64,000 bases of DNA from Lingula anatina (taxonomy: Eukaryota; Animalia; Brachiopoda), in the NCBI GenBank assembly GCA_051362555.1, contig CM120642.1, positions 16,492,001 to 16,556,000 on the forward strand, written 5' to 3'. Within the stretch, counting starts at the first letter, position 1, and each line of letters begins with the position of its first letter. Both the position numbers and the translations under genes were made by a program. The notes beneath the pieces are model-generated. The model ran no database searches, was not told where the DNA came from, and saw nothing but the letters and a program-made list of their open reading frames with translations. This document shows positions 36,381 to 50,584 of the stretch, piece by piece.

Positions 36381-39300
36381 GGTAAATACTGAATATGTAT
36401 AATTCAGACATGGAAGAATATTAAGAAGGTACGTTCCGTGCACCGACTTATAAATAAAGCATCTGGAAAAAACATTGATTGAATACATGGATGAGTATCG
36501 AGTCAAATTTCTTTTCTAAAAGCAGCAATGAAGGTGACTCCGCATGCAAATAAAATGCTTTTTTTAATGTCTAGATATTAAATTGTGCCGATTTCTTTAC
36601 AATTACAGTTGTAATCATCAACTATAAGCCTTCATGTATGATACCCGATCCATACAAGTGAGGCGCAATAATGTCTAAGAGAAAAAAATTCCGGACAACT
36701 TTCAAATGTCCTCCTGCGGCCGAGTTTTTCCTAACATCACGTGAGTACCTTATGAGGGTTCTGTGGTTTATATTTGATATGCTGTATTACCACCATGATG
36801 TCAGTGCTCTCTTAGATACTTACCTCCGCGTTGAATCTGTTTAAATGTAGACTACTTTAAAGCCGCCATTACTCAAAGGGAAAATGCCTCGACTACGCGT
36901 CCTTAGTTCCATTGAAAAAAGGTAACCCTTTGTCAGCTTAGCCTTTTTATTGTAATACAAACAAAGCCTGCCATTATGCCCAGTCACTGAATAACTTAAT
37001 CCAAAAATTATATTGTAATTAACAATGTGGTATTGAAAAAAAAAAAGAAATGAACTGTTCCTTTATATTATGGGTTTGGACACAAAAGAATACTGGGTTT
37101 GGTTGCAGTACACCAGGTACAGTACACGGCTGGGGCCGTAAAGAAAATTAGGAAATATCTGTAATATAACACTGCAATAGTACATAATAAGTTGTAAGAG
37201 TAAATGTAGTCAACCCCAAAGTGGACGTACTTAGTATTATATTATATGCATTGTATGTTAAACTATCACATTAAAACATTTGACTCGATTTGAATAAGTT
37301 TTGTACAGGTGAATGTAGCTGATGGCGCTCGATTCAACTTTTACGACAAATTTCGTGGTGGCATCATACCCAACGTATATCGGACGCTGGGACCTAGCTG
37401 GTATATTAAGATGTAGACGTGCTTATTTTGACAGCAATTTGATGTCCGTTTTTCTTTTATTTGAATTGCAATCTGGCGTGTTTGGAGTTTTTGTTTCCGA
37501 ATCTGTCATTATTTTGTAGACTGTGGTGAATAATAAATCGATTTTGTTTCACTATGGTAACCTAGTTTGATATTCTAAAGTCGTTTTTATGTGACATGCC
37601 AAGCGTGAAAGTTGTCATTATTTAGTAGACTTAACGGAGTATCTACGTCACTTTTATGATGCTCTTCTTAAAATAATACATCGATTTTGATTGCCATCTT
37701 TGTTTCTTTGTTCATTTCTTTCTTTCCTTTTTTTCCTGATAGTAGGCACGCGTGGTAATCTTTAGTCGTTTTATAGGGTTTTAAGTTCTCTAACCATCAA
37801 GGTGACAGCCAAGCGCGCGTGCACCTCTGCATGTATCTTTCTTGCTCAGCAATTGCCAGAAACCGTAAATTGGATTGGTAACGAATGGACCGATGTGCTA
37901 CGATTTTAATTTTACATTTATGATCCTTCAGATTCATGCTAAATTTGCAGCATTGCATAGCTCAGCAGCTATACCATAGTTTATGGTTACAAGTTGTAAA
38001 TATTTCCAGAATATTTCATGTATAAAGGTGCAATGCTCATTTTTATCGCCGTATAGCAGGCTATGAGTGCAGTACGTGGTTATAAGAGCCACATGCTGAC
38101 ATTACTGAAATTTGCAGGAAAGTTTATTTTTGCTGAGTGAAAGTCTAACGATCATTGTGTCCTATTACAGATGAAACCGTGAAAAAGAAAATTTCAGTTA
38201 TATCATTTTATTTCTCTGACGTTATCATATATGTACATTGTTGATATTGCCCAAATTAAATCCACTGTCCATTTAGGATGCCAAGACCCAAACACAACAT
38301 CTTGCCCAGACCACGAGATAACATTAACGAACACAACAGCGTTCTAAATAGTAGAGTAAACAGTCATTACATATCAGAGTACTATTTACTTAATCATTCT
38401 GTGAATATGCCAAAGAACAATCACATTATACTATCAAATACATTGTCACAGTACTTGAGATACATCACATCACCATAACTTCACAAATCATGGCAAATAG
38501 GGGGGAAATTTCCGATTACTGAAACAACAAATCTCACCACTTCGACGTGTTTAGAAGCGCCACAGAACACACGGGTGTGACACTCAAAATCAGAACAATA
38601 AAATCTCCACCAGTTTTAGGTCATTACGGAAGCATATAACCCAAATCACAACTAAGAGGTCAAGTATCAAATTAATTATGAAAATCCAAAAGTCCGATGG
38701 TTGACTTTTAAGTCGTATAAATTATTAAAATCATTAATTATTGTTCATATAAATAATTAAAATTATTACATTTACAAAGTTCGACAGCATATCTATGAGA
38801 ACTACCATTTGCCAAGACTCCCAAAAGGTTGGACCATCTCAAGGAGAAAATTTAAGTAACATGTAACAAAGCGTAAAAGGAAGCTTGTCTACACGACCAC
38901 CAATGTTTTACACAATGAGGTGTACCCTACAAACTCAACAAAACAGTTCGTATATTCATCTATAAAACCCAGGCAGCCTGCATTATCTGCTTTGAACACA
39001 TACAAAATGAATGATAGGAAATTAATGTTATGCTTATACATACTGGTATATAATTTATACTACTATGTAAGTAGTACATGTATACATAAGGGAATGTATA
39101 TATATACCAGTACATATAATTCTCTTTCATGGCAAATTAAACTTAACAGTTACAATACTATATAGTTTATCAAAATTCAGGGATCTCTCTGAATGGCCTA
39201 ATTAATTGTAATATGTAAATCAGTAATTAGAAACAAACTGATGTATGTCTAATGTGATAATAATGTGTTAAAAAAAAAAAAAACAGGAAAAACAGATCTC

Positions 39301-41133
39301 ATTTGTTCACTTCATAGTAAATCTATGTCTCATTGAGTATTTGATGTGTTATTGCACAAATACAAAATAAGAAATTTTGATTTCCAATCCAAATCATGCA
39401 AATGCAGAAATAGTTTAAGCTACTACAGCTCAAGGTTAACTAATAGTATCTTTCAATTAATTTATGAAAATCTTTATGACAGTGGAGTGGAATCAGGCTG
39501 GAAAATAATGTTGGACTATAAGACAAATGCAATTATTGTCCCTAATGGATAATGGCCATATTTTATTTTATTTTATTTATTTATCATTTTTTTTTTACAA
39601 ATTAAAAAGATGGACTGCATCTTATATCCAAGGCTTACATGTACAGGCACTCCAAGCTACTCGACATGTATTGACAATATTACACATTCTATTTGAAACA
39701 CTGTAAATGTTACTTTCTTTTATCCACAGTATTGGGTGCAAGGAAAGTACAACTGAAAGCTCAAACGAGTGGTAGTTTAAGTAGTGAAGCGTATAAATCC
39801 TCCGTGTCAATACAAATTGATAAAAACAGCTATAGCTATAGAAGTTGCATACAGCATTCTAAAATGCATGGTCATACATTTAATGCTGTCCAAGTGCTTT
39901 TGGAATCCATGCAATAAGCAGAACAATTTTTTTCAGAAGAACAGTAATATTATGTTTTGGAAAGAGGACCAGGGTTAAAGCACATTGGAATTTCAGGACC
40001 ATTACGTTAGAAATACAAATGCTTAGAAAAGAAGTCCAAGTGAACAGTTGTGTTGATAGGAAGGATGTAGTTTGGTCTCTCAGATACAAGCAAGTTTTTC
40101 CAAAAAAAACTGTGTTTTTCTCACATAGCTTAAGTACTAGGAGTAGTTTAGATGTTCACTATTAACAGTGTACTTCTTTAACATTTAAACTTTTTTAGTG
40201 TCTGGAATATTAGAAGCCTTTAGTAACACTTGAAGTCTTTGTAATACTGTAATACCAACTATAATATTCTTGGTTTGTACAGATACCATAATTAACAGAC
40301 CTAAAACATTCAATGTTGTTGTGATCATAATCTTTTTACCATCAAGGATAAGTTAAATATAATGTGTTCCAAAGTGGCTGATACAGCCAAAAACTCATCA
40401 CCTATATGTAAGTCTGGGGCCAATCTAAAATATCATCTTTCTGTTGATCAACATAATAACAAAAAAAAAAATGTTTTAACATTTTAAAATAACATTTGGG
40501 GTTTCATTTTACACATGCAATTTCGGAATCTGGAGAAAAATGTATGTGCCAAAATAAGTCCAATGTAAGTTTTCAGTGGTTAATTTGGTCCTCCCTTTTA
40601 AAAATATGGTCACATGGTCTAGCACACACATATACATGTATATATATATATATACTAATCCACAAAAAATTTTGGGTGGAATTCAGACAGTGTTATTATA
40701 AAGGGTGTAAATGTTACACAAAACGTCCATCAAAAGGCTAGCATCTGTAGCCAATTTGTAACCATATTCAGTTTAAGAAAATTTGGTATTATTGCACAGT
40801 TTCCTGTATTATATTTGATTTAATCTATCATCATAAAAGCCAATACGAAGACCACATACATGTAAGTTCATGTAGGCTTTCCTTTTATCTCACAATCCAG
40901 ATTTTCCAGTTCTTGTTGAAGTAAATTTGTCCCCACTGGCAGCTGAGATGTTCAGTTGATGTCTGTTCTCATTTTTCTCAGTGACGTATGTTTAATGCTC
41001 AGATTTCACATTTACCCCCAGATCTCATCTAGTGGAATACTGCTTTGTAACTGTACTGTCCCACCAGTCTGAGAGTGGTCTCTTATTGTGCTGTGATATT
41101 TATTATTTTCAAATGAGAAATCCCTTCCAATTC

Positions 41134-41587
41134 TCATACCATGGACACTTCTTCCTCCTCCTCTCCACCCTCATCTGGGGGGAAATCATAGTAGCATTTG
41201 GTGTTTGATTCTCCCACATTTTCATCGGGTGGAAAGTCATAATGTCTGGAAGAGTCCATCTCCTTGTTTGTGTCTAGTTCTTCTGTAAGAGAGGACATAC
41301 AGACATGAGTTAATAGCAGACCATGCTTTAAGTTGCTGTTTTTGTAAATATTAAGTTTGAAAGTACATCTACTGTAGTAGAGGAAAGGATAATGATATCA
41401 TCACTGAATAGCTGTAGTGTGTATAAGTGTATATGTGTATAAGTGCAGGACATCCTTCCTAACTAGCTGCAACTCCACTTACAAAGGAAATAAAATAAGT
41501 GAATTATAAAGATCATTGTTCAATAAAAGAATTGAGAAGACCAAAATTTGTTCAATTATACAATATAATGACCGTTTTTCATCCTTC

Positions 41588-41653
<66 letters not shown>

Positions 41654-44600
41654 ATGATGATAATCCCTGGTGGAGATCCCTTCATGTGCGTGGCATGTGC
41701 AGGAAAGCAGAGGAAATTGTTCCAGAGACAAGCATGCAATAACCAGTGAAATCAGAGCTGGGAGGATAATGCAGAATGATATTATAATAAAAGAGTGCAC
41801 AATTGTAAACAGTTGTAACACTGAAAAGAAATGGGTTATTTGTGAGAGCAAGGCATTCTGACTACTGCCTACAGTATACTTATTGTGCATATTATTAATG
41901 TGCATCTTATTTTTTTTTTAATATTGACCATTTTTTATTTTCACAGATTTTATTTCAATATTTGAGTTTACAATAATTGGATTGTTTGTGGAGGGGATAG
42001 CTAAGGTTTAGACCTTGGCTACAATTCTGTTTTCATTGAAAGAAAATAAAGTGATTACAGAAGTGCATTGTTTGAACATGGTTATAATTATGTGCATATT
42101 AGTTACATATAACTGGTTGGGTGTGATGATTTTTGCTATCAGCAAATAGTGCTTAATGATAAGAAATCTTGGATTCAAAGTTACTGTAGGATACAGGAAA
42201 AAGTTCATTTATTCTAACTACTGATTGCAAGGAATGCATAACAAATTTATAAACCACATCCTTATTAACAGTTTAATTTTGCTTTCAGTTTAGTCTGTTC
42301 AGGCCAAATCAACCTGAACTGAATTATAACTCATTTCATTTTAAAAAATGAAAAAGTGCAGATATGTTCTAAATTGACTATATCAAATCACTATTCACAG
42401 CATAGGAATCAAAAAGGATGTTATGGGAATCAAAGACACAATACTAAGTTGTTACACATGAAACACTGAGACTAAAATACATCCTCTTTAAAATTAAACT
42501 AACTGTCACCATGTAATGTCTTAGGATAACTTAATATTTAAACAATTCCCTATATTCCCTAAGAGCAACAAGTTTGCATGACTATGGCACATTCACCTGT
42601 TTCCTCACTGTCAACAATTGACCAATCATGAGCCACCTCTGTGGACCAATCATGGTTCAGCTCTGACAGATGGGCGGGCAAAGATGCTCTACGAACCACC
42701 TGATTGACATGCTCATCGTCAAGGTGATGCAAATCTGGGCAGGATGGCCCTCTAGTTTGCTCAACGATTGGTTCAGACTCCACTGTGTCATTTTCTAGGT
42801 CAAGGTCAGGATCATACTCAAGGTCAGGGTCAAGGTCAGTGGGATCTAGTATAAGTAAAGCTAGGTATATGCTAACAGACACCCAAAGACAAAGATGCAA
42901 CTTAAAAGCAACCACACAGATGAGTAAACAAAATCTACTAGAATGTAAACTACTAAACATGTTATACATGTACATTACCTAATCTAATATGTTAAACTAA
43001 AAAACATTGAACTTTTAACACCAGAAAAAAACTATTTTAAAAATTAAACCACTATCCCAAACCAGGTGTTATATTTCTACTTTGTATTTATATTATTTTC
43101 ATGTTTACATCTGTTGAATGATATATACATTAAGACAAAACGCATGTGCAAAACCCTGTAACACGAATTTCAAAAAGCCCCTTTATCTATCTTTGCCTAA
43201 AAACCAAATAAGAAAAATAGAATTAAATGAAAACATTTCACCTTTCCCATGTGAAATATTAAAGTTTATAGATATTTTCATCTTATCAGTGTTTATAGGG
43301 TTCATGTCTTCAAATATACAAAAAAAAAAAAAAAAAAAAATTGTCAGTATTCTAAGATCAACATATCAGGGTGTTATATGTAAGTAAACAAATCCAAATA
43401 CCTTTTACTTTTGCTTTCTCAAAAAAGCAATTATTTACGCAAATATATGCTCAGATTTACAAAACCATAAATGTATTCCTAAGTGATTTGTGACCAGAGT
43501 ATCAGTAAATGTGAAAAAAAAAGTATCTGAAAACTGATGAGAAACATACTTGTTAGAGGTCAGGTCATGAAGGAAACTGAGATATAAACTTTTCAGGACC
43601 AGAGGCACCACTGATACCATGAACTACTCACATATGTGGTATACAGTGAGATTGCACTGAAATATAATTACTGATAATATGTGTATTTGAGTTACTAGAA
43701 TAAATTATCTAATTTTTGATCAACCTCGTCTTATTATCATACAGTAAATGTAAATTATTCATATTATTATTATTACCTACATACAAAATGTTGCAAATAC
43801 TGAAATATGTGCTGGTAATGCAATGTATACTGTTCATAACAAAAATAGTCAGAGGTTCTTTATGAAAAAAAATTTTTTTTTTTTTTTGAAAACTTATGAA
43901 GATTTTGTGGTTGTTATTCCATTACATGAATATTGTTCAAACACCTAAATTCAAACCTTAAATGTCCTAATATTTATTTATAAAGGGATGGATTAAAATA
44001 GGACATGAAAAGGGTGCAAAGAGTAAAATATATTTTGTTGCTCAGTGTTACTATGTTAAAACGGATAATAAGTTCTGTAGAATAATTTGGAAACATCTGG
44101 TAAGTGCATATGTTAAACAACAAAATGTGATATGTTTACAGACAGCCTTATATAAAATTGATTGAAATAAGACTGTAGCATATCATTAATTTGACAAATG
44201 TTTGTACTTACAAGAATAATATTTTTTTTCTTTTTCAACAAGAAGCTATACTAATACATGTAGAAGGCACATATATAGATAAAGATATTAAACAGATGTT
44301 TCTTTGCTGGAAGCAGTGACACTATTTGTTCTGCTAAACTTTCTGGGTCTGTTTAACTCATCAGTACTTTGATACTGGGTGCGTGTTATCTGAGGGGCGC
44401 CACCTACAGTGAAATCTGCAGTAACAACTTCTGCCACCTCTGCCCCTGCCGATGCATTATTTATTAAGTAAGCTGACTGAGAAAACTTTGTTGGACTTTT
44501 GGGACTGGTTGGGCAACTTTTGACTTTGGGGCTCCTGGGATTTGAAGACACTGATGAGTGCTTAAGTTTTGTAGCATCAGATGATGCTGTCACAATTTCT

Positions 44601-47600
44601 TCAATACATGCTATGTCGGCAGCGGATGGTACATTTGCATAATAACTCTTCTGAGTATAGTTTGGTGAATGTGATTGGCTGGTTGATGTGACTCTTTCTG
44701 ATTGGTTGTTGGTGTTCACCACAGACTGAGATGTTGGCATTGGTTTTAAATTAGATTTAGCCAAAGATTCTGAAAGCTGAGTCAGCAAAGACTCTGGTAA
44801 GCTTTTCCTGGGAGTTTGGGCAGTGGGACTTTGAGGTGGGCTTGACACTGAATGCCACTGCCGGGTAGCCTTGAATGCCATAGGATTACCTGAATATCTT
44901 GAAACTGAACCACTTTGGCTTTGTTCATTTGATGCGGGGGGTTTCTTAGAATTACCTGAAACTGAAGTTTGTCCATAACTACCAGAGGATGTCTGTGAGG
45001 TAGTTTTATTGGGGCTACCTGAATATGAAAAGTTTCTTTGTTGTGCTGTAGAAGCAGATATTAACTGTGAAATATGAGCTAAAGATGCCCCAGAGAAAGA
45101 GTCAGTAAGCTTGGTCGGGGAGGTAGGGCTGACCGGGCCTCCAGAAACTGAAGAGCGGGTTAGTTTTGTTGAAGAAGCAGTTACTGTTTTGGAAACCTGA
45201 GCTAGCTCAGATTTGGTGGGGATATTTGAGTATCTAGCCAATCCTGAAACAGCATATACACACATTTAGCACAATCAGCACTTAAAAGCTAATACATGAA
45301 ATGTAAAAATTTTTGTTTTGTGGCCTGGAAAAATATGCAAATTTTCAATCTGCCAATGGAAAAATGCCAAAAATTAAATAATCTATTCTTTTATAACACT
45401 TTCAGATTGAGAGTTACAGTAGAGCACATAAATTACTATCTCTTCTCAATGCTATCCCAGTAACTAGAATCACTTATCAAAATACCATTACCAGATATAA
45501 AGTAACTTCAACAAATTGACAGAATTAAAAAATGCAATGAATCTAGGGAACACAAACACAAGCAATGTAAACTTCTATCTCCTTTTACTCACTACTCAAT
45601 AGACAATAAACACAAGCAAGAATATCATGCTTTACTCTACCTGGTGGTTTTTTGGGTATTTCTGGTTTATTACTCAGTGCTGGCTTGACCTCTGTGTCTG
45701 GTGATGGCTGTGTTATTGTCACTGCTGGTGGAGCTGGGGCGCACACAGTGGGGACAGTGTGTTCGTGTAGGGGCACCTGTGACAGAATAAACTTAATGTC
45801 AATTACTGATACAATGTAATTGTAATAGTAGATTAAGTGTGGGCCAGTAGATTTTTTTCAAAGCCACTGTTGTTAAATAAATACTACTATTAAATGTGGG
45901 CCAGTAGATTTTTTTTCAAAGCCACTGTTGCTAAATAAATATTAATTGAACAAGTGGAAAATTTTAGACGTGATTGTTTTAGATTAATCTTCCATGATGA
46001 ACAAATTTTATTTTTGGGCTTGTAAATTTCTATTAGGACAAAAAGTTTTCCGTGCTCTGCTTGTTTGAATGATCAGTGGGCTAAAAAATTTAGGCTTCAG
46101 ACTGATATAAAATATATTAAACATTGTTAATATTACCTTGCCAGGTTCTAGTTCTTCCACTACAAGAGAGGGGAACACCCCTACTACCCCGTTCAGTTCA
46201 CCCTCCCACCAGCCATCGTCCACGCCATTTTCATCCTTGCGTAAAATTCTGATGATTTGGCCTTCAAAAAATGTTAGTTCCTCCTCGTTGGTGGCCTCAT
46301 AGTCATACAGAGCCTTGGCCCACATCCCATCTGAAAAAAAGGTGGTCAAAGTTCATAAACTAATGAATAATTCCCATTGAAAGTTTATAACACATTCAAA
46401 AGCACACAATGATATAAGACCTTTGTACAGCAAAACAAATATTTTTCTTTAAAATCCAACATATTTACCTTTCTTTTATATTTTTCTAAATTTTAATATA
46501 AAAGGTTTAAGATACACTGTCTGAAACTGCTCAGAGTACATGGTCTGATATATAAAAAGTTTGCAAACTATAAAGATCATCCCCTCCTGGCTATGAACCA
46601 CCAGGCAGATCATAACAGTAACTTTACAACACATTACATAATTTGTATAAATGTTCCTTTGATAAATTTCACCAAATGCAAAACATCATTCAAAACATAT
46701 ATATATGAAATTCCCTTCAGCAAAATCAAACTCTTTTCAACAATTAATAGTCTATTTTTAATTTTAATTTTTTTGTCAATTTTTCAGTTTTACCATCCAT
46801 GCCATAATTGTGCTGCGTGACTGTTTGCTGAATCTCCACTTCAGAAGAGCTGTACGACTCCTGGGGTTCATGGTGGATTGCACTCTCCGGCTCTGCAGTT
46901 GGCGTTGCTACATCATCCTCTTCTGCATAGTAGCCATGTTCTGGGTGACTGGTTTCTGAATACTCAGTGTAGTGTAGGTAGTTTTCTGGTACCAAGCCAA
47001 TTTCACCACTGGAATTCTGTGCCTGTGTGGTAAAATATATGACTTGAAATGTGAAATCTTGCAAAATGATGAATGATATCACATAACGAAACACTTTACT
47101 ATGCTGCAAGAAACAAAAATGCTTATCAGCCTGATGTGAAAACAAAGTAGATGCATGAAATGCACTATTAAATGTGTTAGAGACATTTTTCACTTGGATG
47201 GAGTTTTGGGATATATGAGACAATTGTTGTTAGGATTCTGACACATGGCTGGCTTCAAAATGAGTCATCCCCAAGATTCCAATGCCAGAATTCATTGACT
47301 CTAGCTGCCAAAAGTCACACCATTTTAACTTTAAATTTTCAACCATCACCATTTCAAACTATTATCACTATTTGTTACTTCACAGAGTGGGCTGTCAAAG
47401 TTTCATATCATTCTGCCTTTTGCTTACAATCAGGTGACCCAAAAAAGTTATATAACACAGGAGGACATTTTGTTCTTACTGACAAGAAAGGGGGGGGGGG
47501 GGGGGGGGGGCACAATTTGTCCAAAAGAAAACCCCTCTCACCTGCACCCAACCATCTCCATCTCCATCAGCTATCACCTCCAGCTGCTCATCAGCAACTA

Positions 47601-50513
47601 TGCTAAGTTCATCTGTGTTAGTTGCCTGAAAAGAATTCATATGATCAAATACCAAACTTTCTCATTCAGCTTTGTTATGATATTCATGCTGCATCATAAT
47701 TTATACAAATAAATAAATAAATAAATAAATAAATATATAAATAAATAAAATTTGAATATATTTTTATATTTAGTTTTAAACATAAATTAAATTAACAGTT
47801 AAAATTGATAACAATGGAACTTTAATAAGGGCAAAATGCTATGAAAAGTATAACAGTTGCTGCAGCTGCCATTCTACAATATGGCAAGGAATGATCATGA
47901 TGATGAGGTTTGCAAATCCTTTTAACATCCCTTTAAAAACTCCAAGCCATCATAAAGGTAATAATCTCAACAATGAAGCCTTAAGCCCTCATTGCACAAT
48001 TTCAATGTCAAATATTCTTTCCAATCTTACCTGAAAATCATATAAAGCAAGACAATGTTTGGGGAAGCCAGCTTCCAAAGTTCTCCTTGCTGATGTCTGA
48101 ATCATTGTGGCATTGGCGGATGTGTCAAAGGAGTTGTCAAAGTCATCGTCATCTTCTCTATAGTGAGTGCCATTCACCATTCCACCAGAGTGCTCCTGAA
48201 GTTGACAATTATTTAATATAAATTGTTTTTTGACACACACACTCATCCAGACACAAACACCCACCAACTGCTTCAAATTTACTACCATTAACATAGTGAA
48301 ATTAAAAAGGCTCCCCTCACATCCAATGCATAACTATTTTAGCTGTTATGATCCCTTTCCATCCAAACTGTAAAAACATAAAATTCTCAGCCTTAGATTT
48401 TTATAAACCACTTATTTTGACCTCTGGTATTTTGTGTTCAGACATAGCCTCTCATTATACATATAAAGTGTAACAGTCGACGATGTAATACCAGACTGAC
48501 GCCCTTTTCATCTTATTATTAAATTACTAGAAAAATTCACATAAAATCTAATATCCAAATATTTCTAAATGCACCATTTTAATTACTAAAAAGACATAGT
48601 TTGACAAGAATCCAACTAAGCATTTTAGGAAAATGTTTTATAATACAGTATGAACTGTCTCTGAATTTAATAAGGAAGTATCATACTGATAATACCTCTG
48701 TCATAAAGGACACCTGACTACCAGGTGTGTTTGAACTTTCAGAATAATTACTGTACTGAGGCCACCTACCCCTGAGCTCTCTGTAGTAAAAGACATTTGA
48801 CTACTGGATAAACTTGTGGTATCACCATCTGGTTTAGGAGCAAGAAGGTCCTTGTTTGCACTTGCTAACCAGCCATCCACATCAACTGAAAAGGGAAACT
48901 TTTTATTAATTTGTTTTATCTATCAATTTATATTATTAGTGACTGTGAACTAATAAGTATTATGAACGACTAATAAATAATACTGTGCCCAATATTCCAC
49001 TTAACTTGAAACTTGCTAAAAATGGATTGCTGTCTAAAATCTGGAATTTAAACTCAAGTACTGATATTAAACAAATAAACAACATAAACCACAACTTACT
49101 GCCAGCTGTCCTCAAAACCTCCAGCCTGGCCTCTGCCTTCATTTTGCTGGTCTGAAAAAAAATAGGAATGCCAATGTTCAAAACGATGACTTTAATTGAA
49201 ATCAATTTTAATGATATAAACTAAAGTTTGTGAATAAAACATGAAGCATTTTAAATAAAAGCAATGAGAATACTTCACATTTCACTCCATAATATCAAAC
49301 TGAAACTCTAATAAAGAAAACCAATACACTTGGAATGCTAAACAAATGCCATACAGTATCACATCTGTTTAGTATGAATACTGCAAATGACTTACATTAA
49401 TGCAAATAACACATAAATTAATCTACTTCCATTTGAAAACCACAACAGTAAAACAGTCATGCAAGAATGAAAACAGAGACAACAAAGAGCACTCTTAAAC
49501 TAAGATGTATATACAGAATCTTCAAGAATCTCAAGAATAATCTCTCAGCTAGACAACAGATTATGACTTGTAAACTACCACACAGGCTTCACTGGGATAT
49601 AATATTACCTCGGCCTTCCTGATGGTTTCTCGTAACTCCTCCATCTTGGTCTCAGGGTCCTGCCCTGGCGTATCTCCTGAAGTGTTGGAACTCTGCAGTG
49701 AAAAAAAAAACTTTAATTGTAAAGATAATAATTTGACACAGAAACTTCTAATATTTCCAGACTGGAGTGTTACATTTTGCTGCCAACATCCAATTGGAAT
49801 CTTAAATATTTTGTTGTTTAGAAATGTTGTCTTCAACTGCAGATGAAAACATTGTTACTTTGCATGAAGTGCTAATTGTATTTTAGGATGTTTGTCATTT
49901 GGTATTGTACTTAGTCACGCATAAGTTTGAATTAAATTAAGCATTACATTTTAGTTGTAGAAAATAAACACTGCATACCATAACTCAAGCATAGCACAAT
50001 ACAGCGGTCTGTGATGTTATCAAATGCCCCATGCCATGTGTCATCAAGGGCCAAAAAGATTTTGTTGAAATTATCAGTTACTGGCCACCATCTCTGCATT
50101 TGGGCTAGCAGATTGTTAGAACAAGGATGAACTTGCCATTTAGTGAAAATGCCTGAAAATTTGATGTGGGGTCCAGGTAGACTCCCACAACTATCTCAAA
50201 AATGATATTTTTGGCTCCTAAAAGTCAGAAATCCACCCAATAGCTGAAAAAATTTCATGACTGTAGAAACTGACATCACAAAAGACCAGCAAAAATTCTG
50301 TCACAGACTATCATACAGTGCCACAGCTGCCCCTCACCCTGGAAGTTCTGTCTCCTGGTAACCCTGACCTCAGCTGGTCCAGGGTCTTGTTGGTGTCCTT
50401 GATGACCTTGTTCTCCCTGGCAACCTTGGTGGCCCACTTCCTGGCTTCTTTATTCAACTGATGCTCAGCACCATTGGCACTTGTAACACTGTGGATCTGT
50501 GGGGAAAGGGAGA

Positions 50514-50584
<71 letters not shown>

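Noticed and set aside
38503-38513. NF-kB-like GGGAAATTTCC (also a GAS-like TTCCGAGAA at 30612-30620) upstream of the CARD-NHL genes
   Set aside because: Short motifs are expected by chance, are not shared between paralogs, and the first probably lies in the FCHSD 3' UTR.
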